A stretch of DNA of 64,000 bases from assembly GCA_030704615.1 (NCBI GenBank), contig CM060732.1, positions 18,290,001-18,354,000 of the forward strand, given 5' to 3'. The DNA is from Takakia lepidozioides (lineage: Eukaryota; Plantae; Bryophyta). The position numbers and the translations under genes are program-made. Positions 53,001 through 64,000 of the stretch are shown piece after piece (the first letter of the stretch is position 1; the number at the start of each line of letters is the position of its first letter). The notes under the pieces were generated by a model. The model saw nothing but the letters and a program-made list of their open reading frames with translations. It had not been told where the DNA came from and did not search any database.

Positions 53001-55744
53001 GTGAGGTGAATGCGGGGTTCTTCTATCACGATGCTGAGCAGCGGGAGAAGATGGTTGCAGCTGAACGGCGTCATGTGGATGAAAAGGTTGCAAAGATCAT
53101 TGAGCTGAAGAAGAAGGTAACCACTATTTCTTATGCAGTTTTCTTTGACTGTCTTTTGCAAAGTCAAATTGACTGACCATCTCGCCTAATCAAAATCGAC
53201 CTTCCAGGCAGATTTTATGCTCTTAGATTACATGCTTGTGTGTTTGTACTGGTGTCAGTTTTCCTTTTAGAGTGGTGATGTTTGTTGGTGCAGGTGTGTG
53301 ATGGAACAGACAACAACCTTGTGGTAATCAACCAGAAGGGTATTGACCCAATCTCACTCGACTTGCTTGCTAGACAAGGGGTAGGTTCTCTCTTCCAATG
53401 CTGTTGCTTCCGTGTATCCTTGTTGCTGACACTGGCCCATTTGCATCTATGGTGTTCAATCCAACAGAAGTCTCTGAAGCTCTCAAGCAGATGTCCACCT
53501 TTGCCAATGAACCAAGTAGAGTTCTAACATGGATGGAAAAAATTACAAAAGCAGGCCATGTCCATTTATTTCCAAATCTCAGCTCAGACCATTTGCAGAT
53601 TGTTGCTTTGAGGAGGGCAAAGCGGAGGAACATGGAGAGGCTTGTACTTGCCTGTGGCGGAGAGGCTGTAAACTCTGTGGATGATCTGACCCCAGATTGT
53701 CTTGGCTATGCTGGCCTAGTCTATGAGCACGTTCTTGGGGAAGAGAAATACACCTTTATTGAGAATGTGAAGAATCCACACTCTTGCACCATCCTTATCA
53801 AAGGTATAAAGTTCTAGCGTTCTGTCTCAGTGTCACTATAGTAGGCTTCCTTTGAAATTGGCTGGGATATTTGCTGTCTAAACTGTGTTTGCTGTTACCG
53901 ATGAGCCACATAAGAGTCTGGTCTCTGGAGTGTTAGGTCTATTAGGTAGATCCAACATTAGAGTTTGGGCCATTCCAGGGTAGGTTGGATGTATTGATAA
54001 CTTGTCATGATCTCCTCAGTGGTTGGGGGTTGCCCTGTTGCAGGTGTACATTTATCTCAGCTCTTGGACCATGTGGATTATAGTTTCACTTAGACATGGT
54101 TTTATTTTTATGAGCCACTAATACAGTGGAAAAGTCTTTTGAGATGACTTCATCTCCTTTTGGGTCGTACACTCTCTGCAAATTCAACTCTGGCCTGTCA
54201 GTGAGTGATAGAACAGCACTAAGTAGACAGTTGAAAGCCCTTTGACTAGGTAGCTGAGGTGGGATTACAGGACCAAATGACCACACAATTGCACAAATCA
54301 AGGATGCCGTCCGCGATGGATTGAGAGCAGTGAAGAACACAATAGAAGATGAAGCCATTGTCTTGGTGAGATGAGTTCTTCTCCCCATCTTTCAGGAGAG
54401 CAGAGCAGTCTAATCATGACTCAGTCAAGTGTAGATTTTTCAGGCCTCTGCTGGTCTAAACCTGCTCATATCTTCACTCTTTAGATCGCACATCTTGCTA
54501 AAAGTCTCCTACACAACTTCCCTGGCAGAGTTATCTCTGTGAACTTAATCCTGCATGGCGATGTTTCCCATCCTCACAGTACCTATCATGTGCTCTCAAT
54601 ATTGGTGCTTATGCAGCTACCCTGGACTATTTTGGGAAAGGGCTTCACAAGTAGAGGGCAAATTAAAACATGTGGAGTGAAGCAATGCTGGAACCAGGAG
54701 CTCAGAATATTTGTGACGTACTTGTTCTTTTCAGGGAGCTGGAGCCTTTGAAGTTGCAGCCAGGCAGCATCTCATGAATGACATCAAGAAGACTGTCCAG
54801 GGGGTAATGTCAACCAATATTTACCACATTGTACTGGTTTTCAGGCTAGCCTTTGGGAATCTATGGTTCTGGCAAGCTGCACAGCCTAACAAAGAGAATG
54901 TTTCATTTTGCAGCGTGCCCAGCTTGGAGTTGAAGCATTTGCAGATGCACTACTCGTCATTCCGAAAACATTGGCCGACAACTCTGGGCTTGATACCCAG
55001 GATGTCTTGATTAAGCTTCAGGTTTTTGCATTTGCCTCGCTTGTATAGATATCAAATACTTCCACATCCCTTATTATTCACACTCCTTGCCTGAACCCTT
55101 TTGTTCAGTTTGTAAGGAAAGCCAACACTCATTTCTGTCTTACGATTTTAACGAGCCTGTAGGGGCTGGAGTTTCATAAGCATTGTGGTTCAATTCTGAT
55201 TTCAATCCTTTGAACTGAGACAAAGTTAGACGGTGCATATCTGCAGTCGGAGCACGATAATGGCAATGTGGTTGGTCTGAACCACAATACTGGGGAGCCC
55301 ATGGATCCACACTTGGAGGGCATTTATGACAACTACTCAGTGAAGCGTCAAATCATCAACTCGGCGTAATCTCTCAATCTCAATTCTTTTGGTGGCTAAA
55401 TGTTACTTGGCTGCTGTCCAAGTACAGTACTGTTTCGTTCCCTCTTTCCTGAATGTACTGCCCTCTGCCCAAGCTGCTAACTCCACACATACTGACTAAC
55501 ACTAAGTGCTTCGGTGGAAGACAATTGAAGACCAATGAATGGCAAGCTGTCTCAATCTCCAGAAAGATGAAAATGTGCTATTGCTTCTTCCTAGTTGATT
55601 GATGACTTGTTAGTACTGCTAATACAAGTATGCAAGGCAAACTTCTTATGTTTTCCTTTCATTTTTGACAGGCCGGTTATTGCTTCGCAACTGCTCCTCG
55701 TTGATGAAGTCATACGGGCCGGCCGCAACATGCGAAAATCCTGA
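50044..55744 (+). CDS. CCT6: T-complex protein 1 subunit zeta (CCT6), multi-exon
   Basis: [126 protein letters not shown]. Confidence 0.96.
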
Positions 55745-57497
55745 TCTAGAAACTCCAAAATGACTTTTTGTTACTCTCTTGTATGCTCAGGTAGGATGGC
55801 CTGCCATGTCATAATAGAAAATATGCATGGTTTGATACATTAAAGATACAAGTGGAGTTTCCTCCGTAGCATATGAGAAATTTCAGATGCTGTGCAACTT
55901 AGATGAGTAGGATTTTTCTATTCAACAGGATAGGTGGCATCAAATGAAAATCAATAGACTAGACAAAAGGCAGTGGGCTGCAACAGGACTGAGTTCTTTC
56001 CTTTTCTTGCACCCATAACAGGTACAGCATGAAAGTCAAGGGGCCTATCTTGCTTTCTGACATTGTTGATAGTCTGACAAGCACTGGCTTATTTCGTTTT
56101 GGACTTTTGCAAAGATGTACTGGGTGATTGTCACTTTTTTTCCTAAATTTATACTGATGGGTTCCTGGCATGAAGGATTGATTTGGACAGTGCTTGATCA
56201 CTGGTTTGCCTTCTGATAGGAACAGTCTTTGGTGATGCCCCCTGCCCAATATTCCAGATGGCTGTTAGCTTTGCTTTGGAAGAGTACAAAAACAGGATAT
56301 AATCTATGCAAAGGACACCACTGGGTTCCGAAAGTCCATCAATATTTGAAATCAAAGTATGCTTGTGTGATGCTCAAAATTTGCCAAGGGCGGAGATTCT
56401 CCTTCCTCAACCTGTTGGCAGATTTGGGTGCCTGTACGTCCGGTCGTGGCAAAGGCACGCCTTCCCTCAGCTTTGTAAGGTAGGCAAATAGGGGGTTATT
56501 TTTGGTTTTTTTGGGTTTAATGGTTTTTTGGGTTCTTAGGGTTTTTTATTTTATTTTCCTTAAGGTAATGGGGTAGGGTATTTTTTTCTCTTTATGGTGC
56601 TGGGTTTTGGATTATAGGTTTTGGTTTTGGGTTTTGGGTTCCAAAGGACAGCCGTTAATTAGGATTCACATATCCAAAAAGTGGTTCAATTGGTAAGCGC
56701 AAACCGTTGGGTCTCACTAAATTAATCAGTCTGCTGATCGCACTGCATTGTGGGGGCAGATTAGAGAGAAGATCTTGGAACTTCCAAATGTTCAAAACTG
56801 GATCGTTGCCGGAGATTTCAATATGGTGGATAATTTCTCTGATAGGATGGCTCATTGTTCTCATTATCTTTCTGATGCTGAACAGATTGCTTGGGATATG
56901 CTCTGTTTCTCCGTTGGTTTAGCAGACTCCTTCCTAGAATCCCCCTCTGAATTGAAATTCACTTGGTCAAATCTTCGCCAACCCCCACATCTTAGTATGG
57001 CTCGTTAAGATGGTGTGTATTGCACTCAAACCCCCCTCTCTTGGTCTAAATGCTTACCGCTTGGTCCAATTCTTTCGGACTTCGATCATGTAGCTGTTTC
57101 TGTTACTTTTCTCCCTCCTGGCCTACATCAACGGGGCCGAGGATACTTTAAGCTCAATCCCTCCATCCTGGAAAGTGAGGAAGTTATTCAGCAGCTCAAA
57201 TCTAGGTGGCAGTCTGCTAGGGGTTATCTCTCCTTGCCAACTCTCATTTTCCTCCACAAGCTATATGCCACTAGAGAGCTTGCGCAAGCCATCTCTCTCA
57301 AGGTGGCCTCCGAAAAGAGCTCAAAGGGAAAGGGCCCTTATCAAATGTCTAAAACACTGCCAAAAGCTCTTGGAAGATGGCAGAGTCGGCCCTCTTACCA
57401 TGGAGTCCTATAGGACTGCAAAAAGGCACTTAGCTGACCTTTCAAAGAGCAAGGAGAATTTTATGAGGATTAAAGCAGGTGTTAATTGGTCGCTTAA

Positions 57498-59554
57498 CCC
57501 TTAAGTGTCAAAACTCATTTTCACCCTCTCGTGGAAAAACATGACCTGGCCCGCAAAAAAAAAATTATCTATAGAATCTCTGTGTCCCTGTAAAACTGAC
57601 CGTTGGAATTACTTCCCACCTACCCCACCTCCTACCACAAAAAGTTTCACCAAAATCCAACTGCCAGATCTGAAGATTATGAAGTGTAGAGTGGGGACAA
57701 AAAAAAATCTCCACTAAGAACTAGGTGCCAAAAAAAGCAGTTTTTTGCTCGTACTTGGGCATTTTTAATTTTTTCTGTTTGAGAGTCTCAAGAATGTTGT
57801 TCCATACCTGATAACACACATCCTCATAAAATTTCAGTTTTCTCTGAAATGTTCTCAAGTGGGCTCCTTTGTAGTGACAAATTGGGGGGTCAAAATATGC
57901 CATTTTCTTTGGGCAGGCCAAAATCTCTCTTCCTAAAATTATACAAAAAAATTCAGCCGGTCAATCCCTAATCCCTCCGGTTGAAATGTCATGGGCTTCC
58001 ATATGAAGTCCCCGGAAAACTTTGAGGCCAATCAGCCAATGCACCGCATCCTTAGGTTCCCTGCCCAAGACTTCAAATGGCACACCTTTGGTAATAGCAT
58101 CCTCTCGATGGCAGCTCGTAGACGGTAGTCGTAAGGCACATTGGAACCTGCAAAGTAGAGTTCCAGACCCATGAAAGAGCATCCCAAACGCAGCCAATAA
58201 CTGTACCGTTATTGGCAGCCCAACAACGGACATGGAGGGAATGGGTGAGATAAACCATCAAATGCAATAACTGCACCGTTATTGGCCGGATGCAGTGAAG
58301 TGATACTTATCATACCGGAACACACCAAAGAATGGGAATTCACACTCCATCATCGATGCAAGTCATAGAACGATGGTATAACTGTGCATTTATATGCATG
58401 TTACCTGAATAAAATTTGCATGGCTGCCAATGTACCCCCCTCCTGCTGCGGAATGTGCACACTTCTGTGCGCCTTCGCCAGCTCCCTGAAGAAGATGGAT
58501 GTGAATGCAATGCGCCACTTGTGAACGTAATCAGAAAGCGAGGCAATTTTGTCGTAATCAATGGACAGCTTAAATTGGTTCGTTTGCACCTCCAGTTGTT
58601 CTTGTGCGTTTTACATAACCTATCACAATGCAAACCAATATTCAGATGATGGGAACTACGCAGAGATAACATTATACCGTACTGACCTACCTTATTAGGC
58701 AATAATTAATGCCTCTCATTTTACAATAATTGGGACGTTATGGGGCATGCGCGAGCTGACCAGTGGGCCCTGCGCACGGACGCCCGGCTCCCCCCACCCG
58801 GACCCCCCGCCCACCGCTGCGCGCGGTCACCCACCTGCTGCCGCGGCCCCACCAGCCGCGCCCACGGCAGGCCAGTCCGCCCGCCAGTCCGCTGCCCGTG
58901 AGTCCAGTTCCCCTCAGTCCGCCAAACCGCCAGTCTGCCGGCCAGTCTGCTGTGCACGCCAGTCCGTTGTGCCAGTCCCCGCAAGTCCACCCAACAGTCC
59001 GTTGTGCCCGTTTGCTGCCCCCCAGTCTGCCAGTCTGCCAGTCCGCGCAGGCCGAAGGATCTGGATCGTCAATTCTGAGAAACCCATCCGCGCCATCCAT
59101 GCCTGTCCGTTGTGCCAGTCCCAGCCAGTCCACCCAACAGTGTGCCCGCCAGTCCGCCGCCCATGAGTCCGCTTTCCTCCAGTCCACTGATGATGCCGCA
59201 TCTGGACCGTCCGTTCGCAAATGCCATCTGAGCCCTCCATTTTTAGGGCATGAATTGAAACCTTATCCCTGCTGTCTGCCACTTGCCAGCAGCCGCGAAC
59301 GTGCGCACTGATGCTCCTTGCACGTTGTCCATCGTGTCCACTGTACTGCGGCGCGTTTCTTGCAGGTTCTGAAGCGTGTCCTCTATACTGTACAGGGCAT
59401 GGACGTGGAAGCAGAAGGTGATGATATACTAAAAACGGGATGCTGGATTATACGGCCTCTTCGACAAAGTTTGCAAACACCCAAATCAGGACCCTTCAAC
59501 AAGAAGGACCTCCAATGGAAGAGAGACACGCAAGGTCGGTTTGACATTTAAGGG
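57498..59554. mobile_element. Non-autonomous piggyBac-like DNA transposon, 2057 bp
   Basis: TTAA TSD (57494-57497 / 59555-59558); TIRs CCCTTAAGTGTCAAA and TTTGACATTTAAGGG match 14/15; removing the element restores L1 coding VNWSLKGEKMTSYFF. Confidence 0.88.
58760..59190. repeat. GC-rich irregular minisatellite (gccagtcc/gccagtct units) inside the piggyBac-like element
   Basis: Many copies of gccagtcY; duplicated gtccgttgtgcc and agtccacccaacagt. Confidence 0.75.
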
Positions 59555-61493
59555 TTAAAGGCGAGAAGATGACCAGCTACTTTTTCCTAAAGGCCAAGCA
59601 AAGTCGCTCAAATGGGAGCATCAGCTCTATCAAAAATCATCTCGGCGTTTTAGTACACAGTCCTCGTGATATGGCCTCAGTTGCTGCTCACTACTTCTCT
59701 GGTTTATTCTGCAAGCAACCTCTTGACCCGAGCGCGGTTAGACATAGATCGGATTGAACTGTTGGCGGCAACTAAAGCCCTGGGCCCTCTTAAAGTTCTA
59801 GGTCTCGACGGTCTCCCGGTAGAGTTCTTCAAGGTGCTTTGGTCGGTGATTGGAGATGATTTTGTCAACGGGACCAACGATGTACTCGCCAAAGGAATCC
59901 TTCCTTCTTAGATGGCACAGGGTGTGATCACTCTCATTCACAAAAAGGGAGACAGAGACATGCTAGCTAACTTTAGACCAATCACCCTGTTGAATTCTTC
60001 CTACAAGATTATCACAAAGTGCCTGGCTATCCGTCTCCAACCTCTCCTGCCCAAGCTTATTCGCCCAGAGCAAACTGGATTCTTGAAGTACAGAATGATT
60101 CTTGATAATATCCTTCTCGCCCATGAGTCCCTCAACCTTGCTTCCAATCAGCCCTTGGCGATGCTAATGCTAGATTTCGAGAAGGCATTCTAGCATTAAT
60201 TGGGACTATCTACTTGGTGCCCTGCAAGCAATTGGGGTCTCTGGTGACTTTCTCAAGTGGATGAGAATTATGCTCTCTGCTGCTTCTAGCAAAGTTATCA
60301 TCAACGGGGCTATATCCAAAGCCTTTCCGCTCTTTCGCTCTGAGAGATAGGGTTGCCCCCTTTCTCCCTTCCTCTTTTTGATGGATAAAAGACATGACTC
60401 CATTGGGCTACGAATCCCATCCTCCATGCCTCCCCCCGGTGCCCCTTCCTCCATGCCTCACCTTGGCGCCCAACAGCCCTCTGTGAAGGCTTCTCTTTAT
60501 GCCGACGACACCACTCTCTTTATTGACAATAGTTCTTGGGGTAATGTCCAATCCTCGCTCAATTCTCTTAAGACCTTTTGTCAGGCATCTGGTCTAAAGG
60601 TCAACTGGAAGAAATCAGTCGGTCTTCTCAGCCATCTCTCCAATCCTTCCTCAGCTGCTCACTGTGCCCCCTGGGGTGACGATCTGGGTTTACGCTGGCT
60701 TGCACCTGGTGAAGGGCATCTTCTATTTGGTAACCAAATTGGGTTGGATCTTAACGATGGCATCAGATTTGCGCCTGTCCTTTCTAGCCTTAAAAGACAA
60801 TTCACTTATTGGAGCTCCCTTCATCTTTCAATCATTGGTAGGGCCCTGGTGGCCAACCAAATTCTGCTAGCTTCCTTCTAGTTTATAGCATCTGTGTGGT
60901 CCCCAGGGGGTGCTATCATCAAACAGGTCAAATCCCTCGTACGAAATTTTATTTGGGGTGCCACTAAGTCGGATTCTAACAAGAGAGCTCTTGTCAGTTG
61001 GGACCATCTTTGTCAAGAGAAAAAGGATGGAGGCTTGGGCTTAATTGACCCTCAGGCCCAGATCACTCCCCCCCCAGCGTAGCTACGGCGTGAGCCCAGC
61101 CCCGTGAGCCTGGGAGCTGAGCTCACGTTGAAGCTGCAAAGCGTGAGCTGAGCTCACACTTCAGGGAAGCGTGAGCGGCACAAATCTGCTGGAGAAGCAG
61201 GTCCTATAGGCGAGGATTGCAGGAAGAGGGCCTATTACCGTGGACAAAACAAAGGGGGCCACCATGCACCGTGTCTGCAATGCCTGCACAAAAAGAGGAA
61301 TATGAAAATATGGCAGATTTGAGCTCAGAATGATTGACACACTTTATTTGAATTCACAGATAGACGCTTACAATGAATGGCATGTGCATTTGCCCTGGTT
61401 CCATGAACGAAATGTATGTGTTTGTCATAAATGCAAAGTCTTCACACGGTAACCTGGAAACCAGCATGGGAAGCGGGCATGGCTCGTATGTGT

Positions 61494-62586
61494 TCAAAGA
61501 GAATTTGGCGGAGCCCCACGTGAGGTGTCCCGCTGCAGAAGGGTGATGACTTCTCCGTAGCCTAGTGTGGCTTGGTGAATGAATTGGTCTCTCTTACCGT
61601 CGCAACACATAATTACAAGATATATGTAATATTGATGCTTGCAGAGGATCCACTTCCCTCTCATGCCGAGGGCGCCCTCACGCATCGTTACAAAATCCGG
61701 ACAAGTGCATTTAGGGAAATTCCCCACGGTAACCTGATATTCTTTGCCATGAAAAATTGAGCCAATAGACAGCACTGTGTAAATCCGTCCATACCCGGGG
61801 CAGGGACTTCGGTGATACGAGTCACCCGAGCCTGCAAAATAGCCGATTCCATCTTGCATTTGTGATTTGCACCCGATTCGTCATCAGCCGATTAGCGCTG
61901 TTTCTCAGCCGAGGGCAAGAAATATTCACGCACTTGCAATGCCCAACGCAAACCGACCTTCGAAATTTCAATCCAATGTCGTTGTGGATGTTCGATGTTT
62001 TTGTCATGCACCAAGGGTGTCCGTCATGTTTCTTGTCCATGCCTTGCAGAAGCCTAGCCAGTCCACTGGAAGACGTGGGAGGGTTGAGCTCAAACAAGAT
62101 GTCCCCATCAAACTTTGTTGGCACGTATTGAACCCGCTGCACATGAAGGGACTCCCAATCAACAAAACGCAACTCGCTCTTGCACCCAAGCACCCCTGCG
62201 AGGGCTTTCAATTTCGGAATGACACTCGTTATCTCCTGCAATTCGTCATCATCCAAGATGGGAGTGTGCACTGGCGGAGGAATCTCAGAAACATCCTCCG
62301 AGGACGAGTCTGAAAGAGTCACGAATGTAGTGGATGTGCTCACCTCTTGTTTCACATGAACTGTGCCCTTCTGCTGCACGACTGATGCTGCAGTGCCAGG
62401 GGTAACTACTGATCCTGCTGATTGTCTTCTCTCTTTTCCAAGGACATAGGATGTGCCTGGAAGGACTCTCCACTTCCTTCCACACTCGCCAACCAATGGT
62501 TTCTCCAAGTGCCCAGAATCCAAATTCCCATCCTCGTCATACACCTCTTTTTGAACAAGCAGATAACCCAATTCCAGCGGGAACAC
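61494..62586 (-). pseudogene. Frameshifted or internally deleted gene with a GCM-like Cys/His domain and a C-terminal SWIM zinc finger
   Basis: DGHPWCMTKTSNI..FRRSVCVGHCKCVNISC (61822-62586) and YQVTVGNFPKCTCPDF..ILCKHQYYI (61494-61859, CxC-xn-CxH). Confidence 0.7.
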
Positions 62587-63067
62587 TGTAACCAGCTCAT
62601 CCTCATGAACAACTGCAAACCCATTGTCGTCTGTAGTGGTAGTCAGTGGAAGACTACCTGCATTGGAATGAAATCGAGCGAGTCTATCTTACTCCCTCGA
62701 CATGTTTTCCTCCACTGACCAAAAATTGCGATTCACAACGGAATCCCCGAACTGATAGCCCGTAATTCTCGAAAGGGGATCCACCACAAACAAACTGAGG
62801 TCAATAAGGTTAGCACTAACCCAAAGACTGTGGGCGATGCCTGCAAATGATGTAGGAATGACATGCACCGAACTTCGCAGACAACCACACTGAGAGACAC
62901 CAACCAAAAAAACTGTTTAGGGTGACAAGAAGCCACAAGAAGCCGTGCTGTATTTGGATGAAAAACAAACCCTAAACATGACATGAAACCATCAATTATG
63001 GAAAGACGACAACAACCCTAGAGAGCAGTAAACAGGAAGACCCCGAATGTAATGAGGTTGTGTTGTG

Positions 63068-64000
63068 CACCTTGTCATTGTTTTTTTCATTTGGAATCGG
63101 CCTCATAGGGTATCTCTTTGAGCTTCAATGCACACTTACCTGGCAGCTCTAGCAGTGTGTGTCAACGCACACTGTTTGAGCCCACCTTGTCATTCTTTTT
63201 TTCATTTGGAAATCGGTCTCATAGGGCATCTCTTTGTTACACTTACCTGGCAGCTCCAGCAGTGTGCGTCAACGCACACTATTTGAGCCCACCTTGTCAT
63301 TGTTTTTTTTCATGTGAAAATCGGCCACATAGGGCATCTCTTTGAGCTTCAATAAACACTTACATGGTAGCTCCAGCAGCGTGCGTCAATGCACACTGTT
63401 TGAGCCCACCATGTCATTATATTTTTAATCTGAAAATCGGCCACATAAGACATCTCTTTGAGCTTCAATGCACACTTACGTGGCAGCTCAAATAGTGTGC
63501 GTCAACGCACACTGTTTGAGCCCAACTTGTCATTGTTTTTTTCATGTGAAAATTGGTCACATATGGCATGTATTTGAGGTTCAATGCAGACTTACCTGGC
63601 AGCTCAAACAGTGTGCGTCAACGCACACTGTTCCAGCCCACCATGTCATTGTTTTTTTTTATATGAAAATCGGCCACATAGGGCATCTCTTTGAGCCTCA
63701 ATACGCACTTACGTGACAGCTCAAACAGTGTGCATCAACGCACACTGTTTGACCCCAACATGTCTTTATTTTTTTCATGTGAAAATCGGCCACATAGGGC
63801 ATGTATTTGAGGTTCAATGCAGACTTACGTGGCAGCTCAAATAGTGTGCGTCAACGCACTCTAATGCAATCATCCATTTTTTATTTTATTTTTTTTTTTT
63901 TTTTTTTGAAAATCGGCCACATAGGGCATCTCAAGGCAGCTCCAGCAGTGTGCGTCAACGCACACTGTTTGAGCACACCATCTCATTATTTTTTTAATCT
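63068..64000. repeat. Tandem array of ~116-117 bp units (at least 8, running off the window)
   Basis: gtcaacgcac-like cores at 63161, 63268, 63385, 63501, 63617, 63734, 63850 and 63954. Confidence 0.93.

Larger units (their letters stand above)
56300..61066 (+). mobile_element. Decayed plant L1-clade LINE (ORF1 remnant, APE, RT), interrupted and 3'-truncated
   Basis: WIVAGDFN, FTWSN, GYFKLNPSIL, W..(K)GEKMTSYFF, GLDGLPVEFF, FRPITLLNSSYKII, LDFEKAF, LYADDT and GGLGLID, with many stops and frameshifts. The 5' boundary is uncertain. Confidence 0.88.
61067..64000. mobile_element. Unclassified transposon-like element truncating the L1; right end outside the window
   Basis: L1 similarity stops abruptly at a C7 run followed by GTGAGC-rich palindromic sequence. 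It contains a zinc-finger gene remnant and a tandem array. The other terminus is not visible. Confidence 0.5.

Noticed and set aside
58340-58702. Cys-rich stretch as the piggyBac transposase C-terminal domain
   Set aside because: Cys spacing does not fit, and no DDD-core motifs were found.
58721-59311. Several overlapping 90-180 aa ORFs
   Set aside because: Explained by GC-rich repeats lacking stop codons.
63068-64000. CRISPR-like array (palindromic repeats at regular spacing)
   Set aside because: The intervening sequences are homologous to each other rather than unique spacers, there are no cas genes, and the context is eukaryotic.

Overview
Eukaryotic, intron-rich plant-type nuclear DNA. 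The lineage is most likely a seed-free streptophyte; this is an inference from telo-boxes, gene similarity and TE types. There are five spliced housekeeping genes: 5-oxoprolinase OXP1 (+, 5'-partial, apparently damaged at one exon), a NAK/AAK1-like Ser/Thr kinase (-), a cyclophilin (+), FAB1/PIKfyve (-) and CCT6/TCP1-zeta (+). The cyclophilin has Lys at the catalytic Arg position and a C-terminal CaaX box. The dominant accessory signal is one RTEX-like LINE family with about 14 copies, ranging from a near-full-length 5 kb element to repeated 33-38 bp micro-insertions with clean 13-17 bp target-site duplications. It has no poly(A), targets TC-rich tracts and ends ...GAGTACAW|TCT. The right end holds a decayed L1 split at TTAA by a 2057 bp piggyBac-like non-autonomous element. 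The L1 is then truncated by an unclassified element carrying a GCM-like/SWIM zinc-finger gene remnant and a ~116 bp tandem array, each unit of which contains a 36 bp palindrome. No prokaryotic features, CRISPR arrays or RNA genes could be supported. Exon boundaries were read by eye, and family assignments need database confirmation.
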